Below, piece by piece: positions 33,501-45,481 of a DNA stretch of 64,000 nucleotides. The stretch is from Macrostomum lignano (lineage: Eukaryota). The position numbers and the translations under genes are program-made. The stretch covers positions 1-64,000 of the forward strand of contig NIVC01000342.1 of assembly GCA_002269645.1 (NCBI GenBank), written 5' to 3'. The notes beneath the pieces are model-generated. The model saw only the letters and a list, made by a program, of their open reading frames with translations. It made no database searches and was not told the DNA's origin. Within the stretch, counting starts at the first letter, position 1; each line of letters opens with the position of its first letter.

Positions 33501-36500
33501 TGTACCTGGCCGTGCAGAACCTCATTCTGTTTGTCTTCACCAAACTGTCGGTAGGGCTTCAATCTTTATTCATTATTATTTAAACTACTTACAAACTATT
33601 CATTGTCAGTAGGCGAAAGGGGGTTTTAGAACTATTTTTATTTAAAAAAAAACTTTTTTCTTTTTAATTCATTCACAAGGGCGAACTCTACGGCGGAGTT
33701 CTCATCCTCCAGCAGGCCCTGCTGATTGACAACAAGTACCTGGCGCTGCTCGGGCTGCTGGCTGTCACCACGCTGTACACCATTCTTGGTGAGGATGTTT
33801 CACTATTAGATGTACGCGAACTGTACATTGGATGAACGCTAACTGTACATGGGATGTACGCTAACTGTACATTGGATGTGCGCTAAATGTACATTGGATA
33901 TACGCTAACTGTACATTGGATGTACACCAACTGTACATTGGATGTACGCTAAATGTACATTGGATGTACACCAACTGTACATTGGATGTACGCTAAATGT
34001 TCATTGGATGTGCGCTAAATGTACATTGGATGTACACCAACTGTACATTGGATGTACGCTAAATGTACATAAGATGTACGCTAAATGTACATTGTATGCA
34101 CGCTAAATGTACTCAAAAGGACCACTAGGAGATACCGTTGTATCAACAAGATCACAAAAAATGACTTTTCTGATAAGAGAATTGCTTTATAATCGTAATA
34201 TTTTATGACTTCATCCAAAGATATTATTAAGCATCAATTTTTCAAGATAATAACGATGGAAAATGTTTTTAAAACCAGGCGGACTCTCGGCAGTGATCTA
34301 CACAGATGCGCTTCAAGGTGTCATTGTGGTCATCGGCGCCTTCATTCTGACCGGCTTCAGTGAGTCTCCGGGGATGCCGGTGGTGGGCGAGGTTGGGGAT
34401 GGGGAGGTTAGAGGTGGGGGAGGTTTTAGTAGGCGGCTTGGAGGGAGATTAGAGGTGGGGGAGATTGGAGTTGGGGGAGATTGGGGTTGGGGGAGATTGG
34501 AGTTGGGGGAGATTGGAGTTTGGGGAGATTGGAGTTGGGGGATTGGAGATGGGGAGATTGGAGATGGAGGAGATTGGAGGTGGGGGAGATTGGAGGTGGG
34601 GGAGAAAGGAGGTGGTGGGGAGATTGGAGGACAGCTAAGGGAAGATTGGAGGACAGCTAAGGGAAGATTGTAGGACAGCTGAGGGGAGATTGGAGGACAG
34701 CTGAGGGGAGATTGGAGGTCAGCTGAGGGGAGATTGGAGGTCAGAAAAACAGACTCAAATTCAGTGATATTTGGCTCCAATTCAAAACCGCAAAACTCCC
34801 CCACCCACGCAGGCCTGAACGCAGTGGGATCCTACGAGAACATGGAGAATTTATACTTCAGGTCCATCGCCAACGAGACCCTCCTTGGCAACTCGACCTG
34901 CGGCCTGGCGGACCCGGACGCATTCAAGATGATGCGCCCCATCACTGACCCGGAGTACCCCTGGCTTGGCATCAGCTTGGGCGCCTTCATTCTGTCCGGC
35001 TGGTACTTTTGCACCGACCAGGTGCTGGTGCAGCGCATCCTGGCCGCCAAGGACCTCACTCACGCCAAGGCTGGCACAGCCATGGCCGCCATCCTGAAGA
35101 TCCTGCCTCTGTTCATCATGATCTGGCCCGGCATGGTGGCGAGAATTCTCTTCCCGGATGTGGTCGCCTGCGGCAGCGCCGATTCCTGCAATAAGGAGTG
35201 CGGCAGTCCCGGTGGCTGCAGCAATGCCGCCTACTTTTACCTGGTGCTGCGGGTGAGTCACGCACTGAGGGAGGGGAGAGAGGCAGATTCTGGCACTGAG
35301 GGAGGGGAGAGAGGCAGATTCTGGCACTGAGGGAGGGGAGAGAGGCAGATTCTGGCACTGAGGGAGGGGAGAGAGGCAGATTCTGGCACTGAGGGAGGGG
35401 AGAGAGGCAGATTCTGGCACTGAGGGAGGGGAGAGAGGCAGATTCTGGCACTGAGGGAGGGGAGAGAGGCAGATTCTGGCACTGAGGGAGGGGAGAGAGG
35501 CAGATTCTGGCACTGAGGGAGGGGAGAGAGGCAGATTCTGGCACTGAGGGAGGGGAGAGAGGCAGATTCTGGCACTGAGGGAGGGGAGAGAGGCAGATTC
35601 TGGCACTGAGGGAGGGGAGAGAGGCAGATTCTGGCACTGAGGGAGGGGAGAGAGGCAGATTCAAGCACTGAGGGAGCGGAGAGAGGCAGATTCAAGCACT
35701 GAGGGAGCGGAGAGAGGCAGATTCAAGCACTGAGGGAGCGGAGAGAGGCAGATTCAAGCACTGAGGGAGGGGAGAGAGGCAGATTCAAGCACTGAGGGAG
35801 CGGAGAGAGGCAGATTCAAGCACTGAGGGAGCGGAGAGAGGCAGATTCAAGCACTGAGGGAGCGGAGAGAGGCAGATTCAAGCACTGAGGGAGGGGAGAG
35901 GCAGATTCAAGCACTGAGGGAGCGGAGAGAGGCAGATTCAAGCACTGAGGGAGGGGAGAGAGGCAGATTCTGGCACTGAGGGTGGAGAGAGACAGATTTT
36001 GGAAAAGGCCAAAGGTCATTGCCTTCGCCATCAATCCCGCAGGTGATGCCCACCATAGTGAAGGGCCTGATGGTGTCAGCCCTGCTGGCAGCCCTGATGT
36101 CCTCCTTGACGTCGATATTCAACAGCGCGGCCACCCTCTTCACGGTGGACATCTGGCTGAAGTTCCGGCCGCACGCCAACAACAAGGAGCAGATGCTGGT
36201 GAGCAGGGTGTTCACCCTCGGCTTCCTGCTGATCGGCATCGCCTGGCTGCCGACCGTTGACTTGGCCGAAGGCGGGCAGATCTTCCACTACCTGCAGCAG
36301 ATCAACAGCTTCCTGGCGCCGCCGCTGTTCGCCTGCTTCCTCATGGCCGTGATGTGGACCCGGATGAACGAGGAGGGCGCCTTCTGGGGCCTGGCCGTCG
36401 GGCTGGTGGTGGGCGTGGCCAGAATGATCTGGAGCTTCATCGAGTCGCCGCCAGGCTGCGGTGAGGAGGACACCAGGCATGAGCTGCTGAGGAATTTCCA

Positions 36501-38474
36501 CTACCTGCACTTTGCCATCTTCCTGTTCTCGTTGAGCGCCATCATCAGCTTTGTGGTCAGCCTGGTGACGCGGCCGCTGCCCAAGGAGAGGGTGAGCGCT
36601 GACCGCGTTGGGAGTCTGAGGAGCTTCGATTCGATGTAGCTGACTCATTCTAGTCAGGATAGTTGATTGGTCTGACTCATTCTAGTCAGGATAGTTGACA
36701 GATCTGACTCATTCTAGTCAGGATAGTTGATGGATCTGACTCATTCTAGTCAGGATAGTTGACAGATCTGACTCATTCTAGTCAGGATACTTAATAGATC
36801 TGACACATTCTAGTCAAGATAGTTGATGGATCTGACTCATTCTAGTCAGGATAGTTGATAGTTCTGACTCATTCTAGTCAGGATAGTTGACAGATCTGAC
36901 TCATTCTAGTCAGGATACTTAATAGATCTGACACATTCTAGTCAGGATAATTGATAGATCTGACACATTCTAGTCAGGATAGTTGATAGATCTGACTCAT
37001 TCTAGTCAGGATAGTTGACAGATCTGACTCATTCTAGTCAGGATACTTGATAGATCTGACTCATTCTAGTCAGGATAGTTGACAGATCTGACTCATTCTA
37101 GTCAGGATACTTGATAGATCTGACTCATTCTAGTCAGGATACTTAACAGATCTGACTCATTCTAGTCAGGATACTTGATAGATCTGACTCATTCTAGTCA
37201 GGATACTTGATAGATCTGACTCATTCTAGTCAGGATACTTAATAGATCTGACTCATTCTAGTCAGGATAGTTGATAGATCTGACTCATTCTAGTCAGGAT
37301 ACTTGACAGATCTGACTCATTCTAGTCAGGATACTTGACAGATCTGACACATTCTAGTCAGGATACTTGATAGATCTGACTCATTCTAGTCAGGATACTT
37401 AATAGATCTGACACATTCTAGTCAGGATAGTTGATAGATCTGACACATTCTAGTCAGGATAGTTGATAGATCTGACACATTATGGTCAGGAGAGTCAATA
37501 AGTTCTGACACATTATGGTCAGGAGAGTCAATAAGTTCTGACACATTATGGTCAGGTGAGTCAATATGATCTGACTCATTATGGTCAGGATCGTCGATAA
37601 GATCTGACACATTATGGTCAGGAGAGTCGATAAGATCTGACACATTATGGTCAGGAGAGTCAATAAGTTCTGACACATTATGGTCAGGAGAGTCAATAAG
37701 TTCTGACACATTATGGTCAGGAGAGTCAATAAGTTCTGACACATTATGGTCAGGAGAGTCAATAAGTTCTGACACATTATGGTCAGGAGAGTCAATAAGA
37801 TCTGACACATCATGGTCAGGAGAGTCAATAAGATCTGACACATCATGGTCAGGATCGTCGATAAGTTCTGACACATTATGGTCAGGCGAGTCAATATGAT
37901 CGGACACATTATGGTCAGGATCGTCGATAAGATCTGACACATCATGGTCAGGAGAGTCAATATGATTTGACACATTATGGTCAGGAGAGTCAATAAGATT
38001 TGACACATCATGGTCAGGAGAGTCAATAAGTTCTGACACATCATGGTCAGGAAAGTCAATAAGTTCTGACACATCATGGTCAGGAAAGTCAATAAGTTCT
38101 GACACATCATGGTCAGGCCTGCCTACCCACCTGCCCGCCTTCAGCTGGTCGGCACCACAATTTGGACCCTGCGCAGCAACGAAGAGATCCAGCGCATCCT
38201 TGACGAGACCGAAGTCCCCGACATGCAGGCCTTGGCCAAGGAGAGCGAGCAGAAAGAGGGTTCGGGAGGCCGGGACTGGAAAACCACCCTGATCCACGTG
38301 TTCTGCGGGGCCACCGAAGTCGAGGATCAACTTGACGAGTCTGTCAGAGAGGCCATCGAGCTCAGGATGACGGCCACAGCTTCCCGAGTGAATCCCAAGT
38401 GGCAGACTCTCGTGGACATTCTGTCCGCTGCGGCCGTGGCAATCGGGCTGTTCATGTGGGGCTTCTTTAACTGA
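30540..38474 (+). CDS. SLC5A (SGLT/SMIT-like) sodium:sugar symporter, 642 aa; exons 30540-30617, 32044-32220, 33386-33550, 33680-33788, 34279-34359, 34813-35252, 36043-36591, 38145-38474
   Basis: Motifs [119 protein letters not shown]. All junctions GT-AG and phase-consistent (1929 nt). Confidence 0.96.
30745..31900. repeat. 30-32 bp minisatellite in SLC5A intron 1
   Basis: Unit AGTGAAAATACCCAGAGTGACAAT(AT)TTATAT. Confidence 0.97.
32345..33190. repeat. About 22-24 bp G-rich minisatellite in SLC5A intron 2
   Basis: Unit GGGGTGTCAGGGG(G)TGACAAATA. Confidence 0.95.
33808..34110. repeat. 22 bp minisatellite in SLC5A intron 4
   Basis: Unit ATGTACGCTAA(C/A)TGTACATTGG. Confidence 0.94.
34380..34740. 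repeat. G-rich degenerate repeat in SLC5A intron 5
   Basis: GGAGATTGGAG(T/G)TGGG and GGAGATTGGAGGACAGCTGAGG units. Confidence 0.85.
35263..35985. repeat. 31 bp minisatellite in SLC5A intron 6, two homogenised sub-blocks
   Basis: Unit GCACTGAGGGAG(G/C)GGAGAGAGGCAGATTC(TG/AA). Confidence 0.98.
36640..38116. repeat. 32 bp array (36640-37460) grading into a related 33 bp array (37461-38116) in SLC5A intron 7
   Basis: Units CTGACTCATTCTAGTCAGGATAGTTGATAGAT and CTGACACATTATGGTCAGGAGAGTCAATAAGTT. Confidence 0.97.
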
Positions 38475-38609
38475 AGATGCTGAAGTGCCAGCCTGTGACA
38501 GTTGCTGACTGACACTGTCACAAGTCTGACACATACTGACAGAGCTCTCAGCTTGTTAGAGAAATTTGGACATTCTGGATTCGGGTTGAGGCAGTGGATG
38601 AATGACAGT

Positions 38610-38960
38610 TGGGTTAGTTTTCCGGATTAGGGTTATTGTCTGGATTAGCGTTAGTGTCCGGATTAGGGTTAGTGTCCGGATTAGGGTCAGTGTCTGGATT
38701 ATGGCTAGTGTCCGGATTAGGATTTGTGTCCGGATTAGGGTTAGTGTCCGAATTAAGGTTAGTGTCCGGATTAGGGTTAGGAGTAGGGTTAATGACCGTA
38801 TGAGAGTTTGTGTCTGGATTAGGGTTTTTGTCCGGATTAGGGTTAGTGTCCGGATTAAGGTCAGTGTCTGGATCATGGCTAGTGTCCGGATTAGGATTAG
38901 TGTCCGGATTAGGATTAGTGTCCGGATTAGCGTTAGTGTCCGGATTAAGGTTAGGATTAG
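38610..38960. repeat. 18 bp TTAGGG-containing repeat
   Basis: Unit TTAGGG-TTAGTG-TCCGGA. Confidence 0.9.
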
Positions 38961-39409
38961 CGTCAGACTTTTTGTTGAGATTAGTTTTCGGATTAGTGTT
39001 GACAACCGGATTGCCGCTATCGAGCAGCATGGAAACAAATTTTGCATTGGATTTTGCATGATGCGCTGGATAGACACTTTTTGCAACAACATGTGTTTGT
39101 ATTTAGATTTTTAAGTTGTTTGAGAAGTTCATGGATTACATGCACATTTGAATGTCCTTGCATACCAAACTAAATTCAGATCTGAACTTGATAATTGTTT
39201 CTATAACCAATTGATCAACGGCTACTTTGATTCGAAATTCTAGCAAACAGAAGCTGGATTGGGAAAATTGGAGTTTATGCAAATACACTTTTCAGTCAAC
39301 AAAGCATTACATCCTCTGCGATTTCCATCTTTTATTTTCATTTTCACTCTGCATGGGAAAATACAACGCAGATGGGGGAGAATTGAAAGAAGGAGAGAGG
39401 AGAGAAGGA

Positions 39410-40093
39410 AAAGGAGAAGGAGAGAAGGAGAGAATGAGAAGAGGGAGAGAGTGGGAGAGGGAGAGAGAAAGAGGGGCGATGGGGAGAGGGAGAGAGGAAG
39501 AGGGAGATGGGGAGAGGGAGAGAGTGAGAGAGGGAGAGAGGAGGAGGGAGATGGGGAGAGGGAGAGAGTGAGAGAGGGAGAGAGGAAGAGGGAGATGTGG
39601 AGAGGGAGAGTGGGGGAGAAGGAGAGGAGAGAGGAGGGAGATGGGGAGAGGGAGAGAGTGAGAGAGGGAGAGAGGAAGAGGGAGATGTGGAGAGGGAGAG
39701 TGGGGGAGAAGGAGAGGAGAGAGGAGGGAGATGGGGAGAGGGAGAGAGTGAGAGAGGGAGAGAGGAAGAGGGAGATGTGGAGAGGGAGAGTGGGGGAGAA
39801 GGAGAGGAGAGAGGAGGGAGATGGGGAGAGGGAGAGAGTGAGAGGGAGAGAGGAAGAGGGAGATGTGGAGAGGGAGAGTGGGGGAGAAGGAGAGGAGAGA
39901 GGAGGGAGATGGGGAGAGGGAGAGAGTGAGAGAGGGAGAGAGGAAGAGGGAGATGTGGAGAGGGAGAGTGGGGGAGAAGGAGAGGAGAGAGGAGGGCACC
40001 CTCCGATGTATAGCAAGGTTGAAATGAAAGTAACACTGCCGTGTTACACCCAAGGATATGATTAGACATTTTTTAGACATGATTAGAGATAGG

Positions 40094-40170
<77 letters not shown>

Positions 40171-40231
40171 AGAGAGAGAGAGAGAGGGAGAGAGAGGGAG
40201 GGAGAGAGAGAGAGAGAGAGGGAGAGAGAGG

Positions 40232-40287
<56 letters not shown>
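39410..40287. repeat. GA-rich complex repeat (39410-39995) and (GA)n microsatellite (40100-40287)
   Basis: Near-pure purine tracts. Confidence 0.95.
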
Positions 40288-40290
<3 letters not shown>

Positions 40291-40799
40291 CTGACAACGG
40301 TGGCAGAGAGCAGAAGTAGCAAATGTACTTTAAATCCGACGCATATTTTCTTAGAAGGACCTCAGGCCTAGCCACATCTGAAAATCGAAGTCTATAAAAG
40401 TAAATAATTCATTTCGAATGAACAAAGACCGTCGAATAGTCGCCAGATTAATCTGGGAACTCTGAGCGAGTCAGGGCGGGTAGCGGGTCGAATGCCTGCT
40501 TGGTGGCAGCCGGTGACGGGTCACGGTGAGGCACTCAGTCGGATGCACAGATAAGGCCCAAAATTCTGACTCAAGTCTTGATTGATATCGCCAGCTTGAC
40601 TTTGGCAAGCAAACAAAGACGTTTAGCAGCGGTCTGGCAGACAACTTTGACTGACAGGCCGGGATTAGTGAATTCGGAGATATTGCCGATTGAGTGAGTC
40701 AGGTACGGAGCTCTCACACTGCTTGGACACGGAAGCAATTCCTGGGATTGGTGAGAATTCCCTTGATAAATTATTCACAGTGATGAAATTCTCAGGAGA

Positions 40800-42243
40800 A
40801 TCACAATGTCACTAATGATAATCACAATGTCACTAATGATAATCACAATGTCACTAATGATAATCACACTGTCACTAATGATAATCACACTGCCACTAAT
40901 GAGAATCACACTGTCAGTAATGATAATCACACTGACACTAATGATAATCACAATGGGACTAATGATAATCACACTGTCGCTAATGATAATCACAATGTGA
41001 CTACTGATACTCACAATGTGACTAATGAGAATCACACTGTCACTAATGATAATCACACTGTCAGTAATAATAATCACAATGTGACTAATGAAAATCACAC
41101 TGCCACTAATGAGAATCACACTGTCACTAATGATAATCACACTGTCACTAATGATAATCACACTGTCACTAATGATAATCACATGTGACTAATGAGAATC
41201 ACACTGTCACTAATGATAATCACACTGTCAGTAATGATAGTAACACTGACACTAATGATAATCACGCTGTCACTTATATGATAATCACACTGTCACTAAT
41301 GATAATCACACTGACACTAATGAGAATCACACTGTCACTAATGATAATCACACTGTCACTAATGATAATCACACTGTCACTAATGATAATCACACTGTCA
41401 CTAATGATAATCACAATGTGACTAATGATAATCACACTGTCAGTAATGATAGTAACACTGACACTAATGATAATCACGCTGTCACTTATATGATAATCAC
41501 ACTGTCACTAATGATAATCACACTGACACTAATGAGAATCACACTGTCACTAATGATAATCACACTGTCACTAATGATAATCACACTGTCACTAATGATA
41601 ATCACACTGTCACTAATGATAATCACAATGTGACTAATGAGAATCACACTGTCAGTAATGATAGTAACACTGACACTAATGATAATCACGCTGTCACTTA
41701 TATGATAATCACACTGTCACTAATGATAATCACACTGACACTAATGAGAATCACACTGTCACTAATGATAATCACACTGTCACTAATGATAATCACACTG
41801 TCACTAATGATAATCACAATGTGACTAATGAGAATCACACTGTCACTAATGATAATCACACTGTCAGTAATGATAGTAACACTGACACTAATGATAATCA
41901 CGCTGTCACTTATATGATAATCACACTGTCACTAATGATAATCACACTGACACTAATGATAATCACAATGTGACTAATGAGAATCACACTGTCAGTAATG
42001 ATAGTAACACTGACACTAATGATAATCACGCTGTCACTTATATGATAATCACACTGTCACTAATGATAATCACACTGACACTAATGATAATCACAATGTG
42101 ACTAATGAGAATCACACTGTCACTAATGATAATCACACTGTCAGTAATAATAATCACAATGTCACTAATGATAATCACACTGTCCCTAATGATAATCACA
42201 CTGTCCCTAATGATAATCACACTGTCCCTAAGGATAATCACAA
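40800..42243. repeat. 21 bp minisatellite with higher-order blocks
   Basis: Unit CACTAATGATAATCACACTGT; the variant block AGTAACACTGACAC...CACTTATATG recurs roughly every 200 bp. Confidence 0.97.
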
Positions 42244-42754
42244 TGCTACTTATGAATTAGTAGCGAATAACGCACAGTTTAAGTCCCATGAGGTTAGCAG
42301 CCTGGCCCAGCCATTGCAGCATTCTCATTGGTCAATGACTGGCTGCTTGGCTGCCATTGGCTGACAAAGGATATTTCCACAAACGAGCCTTATTTACAAA
42401 GGTTAAAAGGAACCAGAATTGAAGAACCAACAGCCTTCAATTTCTTCGAGTATATCTGTCAAACATTCGATTTCAGAAATTTTCTAAGAAGTTCGGTCCG
42501 ACCAACTGTTTCGTGATTAGGGTTTAAGAATAAAACGAGCTTATAATCATGCGCGATGATGCTATTTGAGCAACTCAGACAGGTTAGCAACGGTTCGGCC
42601 TCGAATGGCGCAATCGGAGTCTGCGAGGATTCTGTGAGTTCCAACTTGATTAAATTATGAGGCATTGTGACTGCGATAGATAATAAACTGTACGAGAAAT
42701 AGCTGCGATGGATATGAGAAATGGGTTGCTAAAGGAGGTTTGGGATTTTATAGA

Positions 42755-43590
42755 GAAGAGAGGAGAGGAGAGGAGAGGAGAGGGGAGGAGAGGAGAGGAG
42801 AGGAGAGAGGGAGGGAGGGAGGAGGAGAGGAGAGGACAGGGAGGAGATGGAAGAGAGGGAGGAGAGGAAGGAGAGGAAGGAGAGGAAGCAGGGGAAGGAG
42901 GGGAAGGAGAGGAAGGAGAGGAAGGAGAGGAAGGAGAGGAAGGAGAGGAAGGAGAGGAAGGAGAGGAAGGAGAGGAAGGAGAGGAAGGAGAGGAAGGAGA
43001 GGAAGGAGAGGAAGGAGAGGAAGGAGAGGGAGGAGAGGAAGGAGAGGAAGGAGAGGAAGGAGAGGAAGGAGAGGAAGGAGAGGAAGGAGAGGAAGGAGAG
43101 GAAGGAGAGGAAGGAGAGGAAGGAGAGGAAGGAGAGGAAGGAGAGGAAGGAGAGGAAGGAGAGGAAGGAGAGGAAGGAAGGAGAGGAAGGAGAGGAAGGA
43201 GAGGAAGGAGAGGAAGGAGAGGAAGGAGAGGAAGGAGAGGAAGGAGAGGAAGGAGAGGAAGGAGAGGAAGGAGAGGGAGGAGAGGAAGGAGAGGAAGGAG
43301 AGGAAGGAGAGGAAGGAGAGGAAGGAGAGGAAGGAGAGGAAGGAGAGGAAGGAGAGGAAGGAGAGGAAGGAGAGGAAGGAGAGGAAGGAGAGGAAGGAGA
43401 GGAAGGAGAGGAAGGAGAGGAAGGAGAGGAAGGAGAGGGAGGAGAGGAAGGAGAGGAAGGAGAGGAAGGAGAGGAAGGAGAGGAAGGAGAGGAAGGAGAG
43501 GAAGGAGAGGAAGGAGAGGGAGGAGAGGAAGGAGAGGAAGGAGAGGAAGGAGAGGAAGGAGAGGAAGGAGAGGAAGGAGAGGAAGAGAGA
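42755..43590. repeat. (GGAGAGGAA)n 9 bp purine repeat
   Basis: Direct inspection. Confidence 0.98.
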
Positions 43591-44266
43591 TAAGGAGTGA
43601 GTAGAATATAGAACTCGCTAGAATTTATGGCCCGACAGAATTAAAATATGATTACGCGCCAGGGACCAAATTTTCATAAGTGATATCCGATAGCCGGGGT
43701 CTGCGGGCTGCACCCCCTCCAGCTTTTCTAATCACTCTCTCGCTAATCCGGCTCGGCAACGCCACCCAGTAACTCAATTATCGACCGGATAAAGCTCTCA
43801 GCGCAAAACAAAGACCCACCCGAGCGTTGCGAACTCAAGCAGTGAAAGGTGGAGGGAGGCGCAGCAGGGGCAGAATATAAAATCTAATCATATCTTAGCT
43901 CTGCATGGCAACAGACATTCGTGTTGAGTTGCGTCATGCGCCGATCCAGCTGGCCCGTTGCGCCACCGCAAAGTGAATTGCCGGAGGTATTTTGGCAATG
44001 AATTGAGTAAATTTTGAGCTGCGTCTGAAACATGTGGGCTGCCATAATCAAGTGCAGCTGCACCAGTTCATTCAGATAGTCAACAGAAAAAATTAACTAA
44101 TATCAATGTAGAAATTCTCTTGGGTTCAATCTAGACTCGAAGTTATTCTTGAAGAAATTTGGGCTTAGAGATTTTGTCACGAATTTGGGTCTGTCTGAAT
44201 GACTGATTAATGCTGGCCAACTCTTGGCTCACTAATTGGGGGGGGGGGGCACGGGACGCAGTAGAG

Positions 44267-45020
<754 letters not shown>

Positions 45021-45481
45021 CAGACAGGCATGTTACAAAACAAAGAGATAATTAATACCAGAACTACCTGCAGAGCGAATCTGACACACACTATTAGTCA
45101 GGATTTCGGCAGATGCGGGCAGTCAAGTCTGCATTGCGTGTCGCAGTTTGGTTCCCATAACAACGCGGGATGGTTGCCCCCCGCTGAGGACCCACTGGGC
45201 TTTCCTAGAAAGAGCATCCAGCTCGTAGCGAGCTTCTCCATCGCCCGACCGCAGGCCCAGCGGACCAACTTCGAGGCAATTGCTGAGGTGTCAGTCTTCA
45301 ATTAAAAATATGGGGACTCGGCTCCCAGGCGGGCGGTGAGGGAGGGAAGCAGTTACGAGTTAATTAATCAACCACCTGCTGAGAAAAATGGTCCTTCCAT
45401 ATTCTACGCAGGAGCTATCGGTTTTTAAAGATTTGCAAAGCGATATGATTCATTCATTGGTATAATTAAACATTTTTTCAG

